From Acidobacteriota bacterium (GTDB lineage Bacteria > Acidobacteriota > Thermoanaerobaculia > UBA5066 > Gp7-AA6), in NCBI GenBank assembly GCA_003222385.1, contig QHVV01000032.1, forward strand, positions 1-61,105: 61,105 nt of DNA. Direction: 5' to 3'. Position numbers and translations under genes: made by a program. Positions 53,981-61,105 of the stretch are shown here, one piece after another. Under the pieces are notes generated by a model that searched no databases, was not told the DNA's origin, and saw only the letters and a list, made by a program, of their open reading frames with translations. Position 1 is the stretch's first letter; each line of letters opens with the position of its first letter.

Positions 53981-54409
53981 TTACGGCTTCGCGGGACCTC
54001 CCGAGGGATTCGCGGGCGCGGGCGCCGGAGCGGCCGGCGGCGGCGCTGCCGGCGCGCCGGTCGCGGGCTGTGCCGGGGCCGGAACGACGGCGCCGGCGGG
54101 CCGCGGAAGCGGCGCCGGAGCCTTCTGGGTCGCGGCTCTCTGCGGGAGCGTCTTGACGACCGACGAGCGCGGCCTCGCCTCGAGCATCGTCAGGACGAGC
54201 GCGAGCACGATGAAACCGATGAACGCACCGGTCGTCAGCTTGTGCAGAAGCGTCGTCGCGCCCCGCGCCCCGAAGGCGGTCTGGCTGCCTCCGCCCCCGA
54301 AAGCTCCGGCGATGTCCGCGCCCTTTCCCTGCTGGAGGAGCACCACCAGGATGAGGAAGAAGCAGACGAACACGTAGACGACGATCGCCGCGATGTAGGC
54401 AAATTCCAA
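53981..54409 (-). CDS. secG: preprotein translocase subunit SecG, with Pro/Ala-rich tail
   Basis: …[38 protein letters not shown]… is the SecG signature. Confidence 0.85.
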   Translation of the reverse strand: MEFAYIAAIVVYVFVCFFLILVVLLQQGKGADIAGAFGGGGSQTAFGARGATTLLHKLTTGAFIGFIVLALVLTMLEARPRSSVVKTLPQRAATQKAPAPLPRPAGAVVPAPAQPATGAPAAPPPAAPAPAPANPSGGPAKP

Positions 54410-54461
54410 GGGACCTCCGCCAAAAAAGGGCAGGAGAGTCTACCGACGCTCCGGGGATGGG

Positions 54462-55186
54462 TCAAGCCGCGCCGGAGCGCGCGATCTGGAAGAACGCGGC
54501 GGGATCGAGGCTGGCTCCGCCGATCAGGAAGCCGTGCACTCCACCCAGCCGGAGGAGCTCCCCCGCGTTGCCCGCGTTGACCGAGCCGCCGTACAGGAGC
54601 CGCAGCTCCCGGCGGGACGACAGGAGCTCGGCGAGCTGTGCCGCCGCGGACGCGGAATCCTCGGGCGTCGCCGCCCGACCGGTCCCGATCGCCCAGACGG
54701 GCTCGTACGCGACCACGAGCGGAGTACCGGCCGGATCGTCCTCGAGCGTCTCGGCCTGCCGGGCGAGCGTCGCCTGGGTCCGACCGGCCTCCCGCTCCGC
54801 CTCCGTTTCTCCGACGCAGTAGATCGGCACGAGCCCGCGCTCGCGCGCCCTCGCCAGTTTCCGCGCGAGGACCGGACCGTCTTCCCCGAACAGGGAGCGG
54901 CGCTCCGAGTGGCCGACGAGAACGTAGCGGCACCCCGCCTCCGCGATCATCGCGGCGGACACTTCTCCGGTGAACGCGCCCGAGCCGTGCTCCGAGAGGT
55001 TCTGGGCGGCAAGCGCCCAACGCGAACGCGGATCCTGCGCCGCGTCGAGCGCCGTGAACGGCGGGGCGAGGACGAGCTCGCAGCCGGGGATTCCATCGCC
55101 GATCTTCGCGCCGAGCTCCTGCGCGTACGTGCGCGCCTGCGCGCGCGTCATGTTCATTTTCCAGTTGGCGACGAAAAGACGTGAAA

Positions 55187-55190
<4 letters not shown>
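54462..55190 (-). CDS. tpiA: triosephosphate isomerase
   Basis: TTG at 55190 overlaps the pgk stop (TTGA). LFVANWKMN, VLVGHSERR, AYEPVWAIGTG, YGGSV motifs. The rest of the 1021-aa track ORF is spurious. Confidence 0.9.
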
Positions 55191-56356
<1,166 letters not shown>

Positions 56357-56360
56357 CGGC

Positions 56361-56404
56361 GAGATCGTAAATCGGAAATCGGGAATCGAGGACCGATAGA
56401 ATCG
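56361..56404. repeat. tandem NNAATCG heptamers in the pgk/ggt divergent intergenic region
   Basis: gagatcg taaatcg gaaatcg ggaatcg aggaccg atagaatcg, read directly. It fills most of the 52-bp gap between the two start codons. Confidence 0.6.
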
Positions 56405-56408
56405 CCCG

Positions 56409-58115
56409 ATGCGTCGCATCACGGCGGTCCTCGGCCTCCTCGCTCTCCTCCTGCCGGCTGCACTCGTCGCGGCGGCTTCGCAGGTCGCGCACGGGAAAGG
56501 CGGCGCGGTCGCCGCGGCCGAGGAAAACGCGGCGAAGGCGGGGATCGAGATCCTGAAGAAGGGCGGGAACGCCGCGGACGCAGCGGTCGCGGTCGCCTTC
56601 GCGCTCGCCGTGACGTGGCCCGAGGCCGGCAACATCGGAGGGGGCGGTTTCTGGATCTCGCGCGACGCAAAGGGTAAGACGATCGCGGTCGATTTCCGGG
56701 AGGTCGCGCCGCGCGCCGCGAGGCGGGACCTCTTCACGAAACCGGGCCGCGGCGGAGGACCGCCGTCCTCCACCGAAGGACCGCTCGCGTCCGGCGTCCC
56801 GGGATCGGTCGACGGTCTGTGGCGCGCGCACCGTCTGGCCGGTCGCCTTCCGTGGAAAGCGGTCCTGGAACCGGCGGTTCGTCTCGCCCGCGACGGATTC
56901 GTCATGACCGAGACGGTCTCTCGCTCGATCGCGGAACCAAAATATCGGAAGCGCCTGGCGTCGGATCGGGAGACGGCGGCCATCTTCCTGCCGAAGGGCG
57001 AGCCGCCGGCCCCGGGGTCTCTTTTCCGGCAGCCGGCGCTCGCGAACACCCTCGAAGAGATCCGGGAACGCGGGAGCGACGGTTTCTACCGGGGACGAGT
57101 GGCGCGCGTGCTGGAGGAGGGCCAGAGGCGCGTCGGAGGGCTCATCACGCGCGGCGATCTCGCGATCTACTCGGCGAAGATCCGTCGCCCGCTTCGGTTC
57201 CGCTTCGGCGCTGCCGAAGTCGTCACCGTTCCGACGCCCGCGGGCGGCCCGGTGCTCGCGGAGATGGGACTGCTCGCCGGCGTTCTCGGGCTCGACAAGT
57301 TCAAGGGGCGCGATCCGGGGTCGGCCCATCTGCTCGCGGAAATCGAAAAGAGGGCCTTTCGGGACCGGAATCGGTTCCTCGGGGACCCATCCTTCCCCGG
57401 CGTCCGCGAGAAGTATTTCACCGACCCGTCGCGCCTGAAGCGGATCGCGGCGACGATCGACCCGCGCCGCGCCACCCCTTCCGACGCGCTCGGACGGTTC
57501 GAGATCGAGCGGGCGTCGACCACGCACTTCTCGGTGGTGGACGCGTCAGGGGCGGCGGTCGGGGTGACGACCACGCTGAACGACTCGTTCGGCAACGCGC
57601 GGGTGGCGCCGGGGCTCGGGTTTCTGCTGAACAACGAGATGGACGACTTCGCGACCGCTCCCGGAAAGCCGAACATCTATGGCCTGATCCAGGGCGAGGT
57701 CAACGCGGTGGCCGCCGGAAAGCGGATGCTGTCGGCGATGTGTCCGTCGATCGCGGTCCTCGGGAACCGGAATGCATTCGTCTGGGGCACGCCGGGCGGA
57801 TCGACCATTCCCACCACGAACTTCCAGGTCCTGCTCGGCATCCTCCTCCGCGGCGAGACCCTCGAGGCAGCTGTCGCGGCGCCGCGTTTCCACCAGCAGG
57901 ATTTCCCCGACAAGATCCAGATCGAGCGCCAGCGCTTCGATGCCGCCTGGATCGCCGCGCTCCGTCGCCTCGGGCACACGGTCGAGGAGCGCGAGCCCGA
58001 CAAGGACCCGATCGGCCGCGTGCACGCGATTGCGCTCGCGCCGGACGGCACTCTGACGGCAGTGGCGGACGCGCGGTCGGGAGGAGTCGGGCTGGTCGTC
58101 TCGGAGACCCGTTGA
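56409..58115 (+). CDS. ggt: gamma-glutamyltransferase
   Basis: Signal peptide. …ILKKGGNAADAAVAVAFALAVTWPEAGNIGGGGF…; autoprocessing site …ASTTHFSVVD…; …GTPGGSTIPT…. Confidence 0.9.
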   Translation: MRRITAVLGLLALLLPAALVAAASQVAHGKGGAVAAAEENAAKAGIEILKKGGNAADAAVAVAFALAVTWPEAGNIGGGGFWISRDAKGKTIAVDFREVAPRAARRDLFTKPGRGGGPPSSTEGPLASGVPGSVDGLWRAHRLAGRLPWKAVLEPAVRLARDGFVMTETVSRSIAEPKYRKRLASDRETAAIFLPKGEPPAPGSLFRQPALANTLEEIRERGSDGFYRGRVARVLEEGQRRVGGLITRGDLAIYSAKIRRPLRFRFGAAEVVTVPTPAGGPVLAEMGLLAGVLGLDKFKGRDPGSAHLLAEIEKRAFRDRNRFLGDPSFPGVREKYFTDPSRLKRIAATIDPRRATPSDALGRFEIERASTTHFSVVDASGAAVGVTTTLNDSFGNARVAPGLGFLLNNEMDDFATAPGKPNIYGLIQGEVNAVAAGKRMLSAMCPSIAVLGNRNAFVWGTPGGSTIPTTNFQVLLGILLRGETLEAAVAAPRFHQQDFPDKIQIERQRFDAAWIAALRRLGHTVEEREPDKDPIGRVHAIALAPDGTLTAVADARSGGVGLVVSETR

Positions 58116-59185
58116 CGGAGCTACTCCTCCCGGTCTATCGCGAAGGTCCGCTGCTCCGCCTTCTCGACCAGAGGATGCTTCCGGCGAACGAGGTCTGGTT
58201 GACGCTCGAGAAGACGTCGGAGGTGGCGCTCGCGATCCGCGAGATGGCCGTGCGCGGAGCCCCTTCGGTCGGGGTGGCGGCGGCGTACGGAGCGGCCTTC
58301 GCGATGAGGAGCGGCCGGACGACGACGGCGCGGGAGCGATTCGAGACCGCACACCACGTTCTCGCGGCGACGCGGCCGACCGCCGTGAATCTGTTCGCCG
58401 CGCTCGAGCGGATGGAACGCCGCTTCCGCGAGGTCGAATCGGAGCCTCCGGAACGGATCGAGACGGCGCTGATCGAGGAAGCCGACGCGATCGCCGGCGA
58501 AGCCCTCGATTCGTCGCGGCGACTCGGGCGTCATGGCGCCGAGCTCCTCGCCTCCGGCTCGACGGTGCTGACGCACTGCAACGCCGGGGCGCTCGCGACC
58601 GGCGGCTACGGCAGCGCTCTCGGGATCATCCGCGCGGCGGTCGAATCGGGAAAAGCGCTCAAGGTCCTGGCGCCGGAGACCCGGCCTTTCCTCCAGGGAT
58701 CCCGCCTGACGGCCTGGGAGCTCGCGCGCGAAGGAATCCCGGTCGAGGTCATCACGGACGGGATGAGCGGCCACTACCTCTCGCGCGGAGAAGTCGCTGC
58801 AGTCGTCGTGGGCGCCGACCGGATCGCCGCGAACGGCGACACGGCCAACAAGATCGGGACCTACACGCACGCCGTCCTCGCGAAAGAGAGCGGGGTCCCG
58901 TTCTACGTCGCGGCGCCCACGAGCACGATCGACCTCGCCTGTGCCGACGGTTCCCGGATCCCGATCGAGGAGCGCTCCGCGGGCGAGGTGCTCTCTTTTG
59001 CAGGACACGCGACCGCTCCGGCCGGGGTGGGAGCGAGGAATCCCGCGTTCGACGTGACGCCCGCCCGCTACATCACGGCGATCGTGACCGAGGAGGGGAT
59101 CTGCCGTCCGCCCTACGAAACCTCGCTCGCCGACGCGGTTGCGCGCGCCAAAGACCTCCGACGCTCCGTTTCCGCCCGGCATTGA
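58112..59185 (+). CDS. mtnA: S-methyl-5-thioribose-1-phosphate isomerase
   Basis: TTG at 58112 overlaps the ggt stop (TTGA). …RGAPSVGVAAAYG…RPTAVNL…THCNAGALAT…ETRPFLQGSRLTAWEL…GADRIAANGDTANKIGTY…PFYVAAPTSTID…. Confidence 0.88.
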   Translation: MTELLLPVYREGPLLRLLDQRMLPANEVWLTLEKTSEVALAIREMAVRGAPSVGVAAAYGAAFAMRSGRTTTARERFETAHHVLAATRPTAVNLFAALERMERRFREVESEPPERIETALIEEADAIAGEALDSSRRLGRHGAELLASGSTVLTHCNAGALATGGYGSALGIIRAAVESGKALKVLAPETRPFLQGSRLTAWELAREGIPVEVITDGMSGHYLSRGEVAAVVVGADRIAANGDTANKIGTYTHAVLAKESGVPFYVAAPTSTIDLACADGSRIPIEERSAGEVLSFAGHATAPAGVGARNPAFDVTPARYITAIVTEEGICRPPYETSLADAVARAKDLRRSVSARH

Positions 59186-59210
59186 CCAGCCGGGCTCGCA
59201 GCATTCTGGC

Positions 59211-59216
59211 TATAAT
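59211..59216 (+). promoter_or_regulatory. perfect TATAAT -10 box 6 nt upstream of the antitoxin ATG (possible leaderless transcript)
   Basis: ctggcTATAATggcgtcATG, read directly. There is no Shine-Dalgarno between the box and the ATG, and no well-spaced -35. Confidence 0.4.
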
Positions 59217-59222
59217 GGCGTC

Positions 59223-59513
59223 ATGAAGAACGCCAGAATCTCCGAGCTGCGGGACAAGCTTTCCGAGTACCTCGCGCGGGTCCGGAAAGGCGAGACCGTG
59301 ATCGTGTACGACCGCGACACGCCGATCGCGCGAATCGATCCGATCGCGCCGGCGCCCAAAGACATCCCGGACTGGGTGCTGGACGCCTATCGCCGCGGAG
59401 TCGCGACGCCCCCGAGAATTCGCGACGGTGCGCGACTGCCGGATCCCGTGAAGCCCAAAAAGCCGGCCCGCCTGCTCGAAGCGCTTCTCGAGGAGCGCCG
59501 TACCGGGCGATGA
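59223..59513 (+). CDS. Phd/YefM-family type II antitoxin
   Basis: MKNARISELRDKLSEYLARVRKGETVIVYDRDTPIARI is a typical Phd/YefM N-terminus. The stop overlaps the vapC ATG (ATGA). Confidence 0.75.
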   Translation: MKNARISELRDKLSEYLARVRKGETVIVYDRDTPIARIDPIAPAPKDIPDWVLDAYRRGVATPPRIRDGARLPDPVKPKKPARLLEALLEERRTGR

Positions 59514-59929
59514 GGTTCTGGGACTCGTCGGGGATTCTCGCCCTGCTGCTCAAGGAAAAGGGGTCGCCCGAGACGTTGAAGCTCTATCGAGAGGATGAGG
59601 ATCAATCCGTCTGGTGCCTGACCGAGGTCGAGATCGCTTCGGCCCTCTCGAGATGCCTCCGGGAAGGGATGGATCCTCAGGATGAGACTGTCGCCCGCAC
59701 CCAGTTTCGAGTCCTACTCGGGCGCTGGATCGAGGTAACGTCAGTGGAAAGCGTGCGAGCAAGAGCGCTTCGGCTTCTCGGAACACACGCCCTGCGCGCG
59801 GCCGACGCTCTCCAGCTCGCGGCGGCTCTCGTCTTCTGCGACGAGCGCACGGAGAGCCTGCCCTTCGTCTGCCTCGACGACCGCCTGGCCGAGGCCGCAC
59901 GCAAGGAAAGGTTTCCCGTCCTCCCCTGA
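59510..59929 (+). CDS. vapC: PIN-domain toxin (VapC family)
   Basis: [14 protein letters not shown]... (N-terminal acidic D), …[11 protein letters not shown]…, …[13 protein letters not shown]…, …[12 protein letters not shown]… is the PIN acidic-residue pattern. Confidence 0.78.
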   Translation: MRFWDSSGILALLLKEKGSPETLKLYREDEDQSVWCLTEVEIASALSRCLREGMDPQDETVARTQFRVLLGRWIEVTSVESVRARALRLLGTHALRAADALQLAAALVFCDERTESLPFVCLDDRLAEAARKERFPVLP

Positions 59930-59938
59930 CGGAAAGCC

Positions 59939-60985
59939 ATGCTCGTCCTCGGCATCGAAACTTCCTGCGACGAAACCTCCGTTGCGGTCCTCGACGGGGA
60001 CGGCCGCGTGCTCTCGAACGTTGTCTCCTCGCAGCTCGCCGCGCACGCTCCTTACGGCGGCGTCGTCCCCGAGATCGCGGCCCGAGCGCACCTCGAGAAC
60101 CTCCCGATCACCTTCGAGCAGGCGCTCGCCGAGGCTCACGCGACGGTCGAGCAGATCGATCTGGTCGCGGCGACCGCCGGGCCCGGGCTGATCGGCGCGC
60201 TTCTCGTCGGGCTCTCGGCCGGCAAGGCGCTCGCCTTCGCGCGCGGAATCCCGCTCGTCCCGGTCAACCATCTGGAGGGTCACCTCTTCTCGGCGTTCCT
60301 GCGCGCGGGCGGCGAGCCGGCGCTTCCGGCGGATTTCCCGTTCCACGGATTGGTGGTGTCGGGCGGCCACGCCGAGCTCGTCCGGGTCGAGTCGGACCGG
60401 ATCTCTCCGATCGCGCGGACGCGGGACGACGCGCCCGGCGAAGCGTTCGACAAGGTGGCGCGGCGCGCGGGCCTCGGCTATCCGGGCGGACCCGTCATCG
60501 ACCGGATCGCCGCGCGCGGGAACGGCTCCCGGTACCCTCTTCCCGTGGGCCGCACCGGCGACGGGTCGAACGACTTCTCTTTTTCGGGACTGAAGACCGC
60601 GATGCTCCGGGAGTTTCAGAAACGCGACATCACTGGAGAGCCGGTCGATTCCGCGTCGCTCTCGCCCGACGTCGTCGATCTCCTGGCGTCCTTCCAGCGG
60701 GCAATCGTCGCCGCGCTGCTCGATCGGGTCGAGACGGTCCACCGTTCCGCGGGAATCCGGATGCTGGCGGTGTCGGGGGGGGTCGCCGCGAACTCGGAGC
60801 TGCGGCGCACGCTCTCGGAATGGGGAGAAGCGCGTCGCCTGCGCGTGCTGCTTCCGGAGCGGGCGTACACGACCGACAATGCCGCGATGATCGCGTTCGC
60901 CGGGTTGTTGCACTATCGGAAGAACGGGGCGCCGGAGCGGGCTGCCCCGGTGGCAAGATCCCGGTGGCCGCTGGGGACCTCGTGA
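59939..60985 (+). CDS. tsaD: tRNA N6-adenosine threonylcarbamoyltransferase
   Basis: [19 protein letters not shown]…, …VNHLEGHL…, …VSGGHAELV…, …DEAFDKVAR…GYPGGP…, …VSGGVAANS…. Confidence 0.92.
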   Translation: MLVLGIETSCDETSVAVLDGDGRVLSNVVSSQLAAHAPYGGVVPEIAARAHLENLPITFEQALAEAHATVEQIDLVAATAGPGLIGALLVGLSAGKALAFARGIPLVPVNHLEGHLFSAFLRAGGEPALPADFPFHGLVVSGGHAELVRVESDRISPIARTRDDAPGEAFDKVARRAGLGYPGGPVIDRIAARGNGSRYPLPVGRTGDGSNDFSFSGLKTAMLREFQKRDITGEPVDSASLSPDVVDLLASFQRAIVAALLDRVETVHRSAGIRMLAVSGGVAANSELRRTLSEWGEARRLRVLLPERAYTTDNAAMIAFAGLLHYRKNGAPERAAPVARSRWPLGTS

Positions 60986-61105
60986 CCGACAGTCGTCTGA
61001 TCCGCAACTTCTCGATCGTGGCTCACATCGACCACGGCAAGACCACGCTTTCCGACCGGATCCTCCAGCGGTGCGGAGCGGTCACCGAACGCGAGATGCA
61101 CGAGC
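60982..61105 (+). CDS. lepA: elongation factor 4 (LepA), N-terminal fragment; runs off the right edge
   Basis: GTG at 60982 overlaps the tsaD stop (GTGA). [29 protein letters not shown] is the LepA G1 region. Confidence 0.85.
   Translation, partial: MTDSRLIRNFSIVAHIDHGKTTLSDRILQRCGAVTEREMHE

Noticed and set aside
59182-59187. TTGACC as the -35 box for the TATAAT at 59211
   Set aside because: The spacer would be 23 nt, well outside the usual 16-18 nt, and the hexamer overlaps the mtnA stop codon by chance.

Overview
Strongly GC-rich bacterial chromosome segment, probably Acidobacteriota. That assignment is an inference from an acidobacterial-type VWFA protein and from several Ser/Thr kinases fused to TolB-like beta-propellers. 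The window is mostly core and housekeeping genes: a TetR-regulated RND efflux operon, proline dehydrogenase, tdh-kbl, pgk-tpiA-secG-tRNA-Leu, ggt-mtnA, tsaD-lepA, an M16 peptidase pair, dusB, an OPT transporter and a contiguous bshC-bshB-bshA bacillithiol cluster. There are also two type II toxin-antitoxin pairs (MazEF-like and Phd/VapC). I found no transposase, integrase, CRISPR array or rRNA.

Many long ORFs in the supplied track are antisense or alternate-frame artefacts of the high GC content.

Features the ORF track does not explain:
- A complete glutaredoxin-fold gene (30932..31147, minus strand) is interrupted by an in-frame TGA exactly at the redox-Cys position, and a hairpin follows it. 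This is a candidate selenoprotein.
- An overlapping operon encodes an amicyanin-like blue-copper protein, a Cache/HAMP Ser/Thr kinase, a beta-barrel porin and a degenerate receiver domain. It may be a periplasmic redox or copper sensing module with no described function.
- Two copies of a palindromic GTCATTCCGAGG...GGAATGAC element are present.
- GAAATCG-type heptamer arrays occur in three intergenic regions, one of them built around a terminator on the 'wrong' strand.
- Two genes are frameshifted: a third kinase paralog and a DUF4139 gene.
- An uncharacterised ORF is translationally coupled inside tdh-kbl.

All homology calls were made by eye from the translated sequence. No database search was run.
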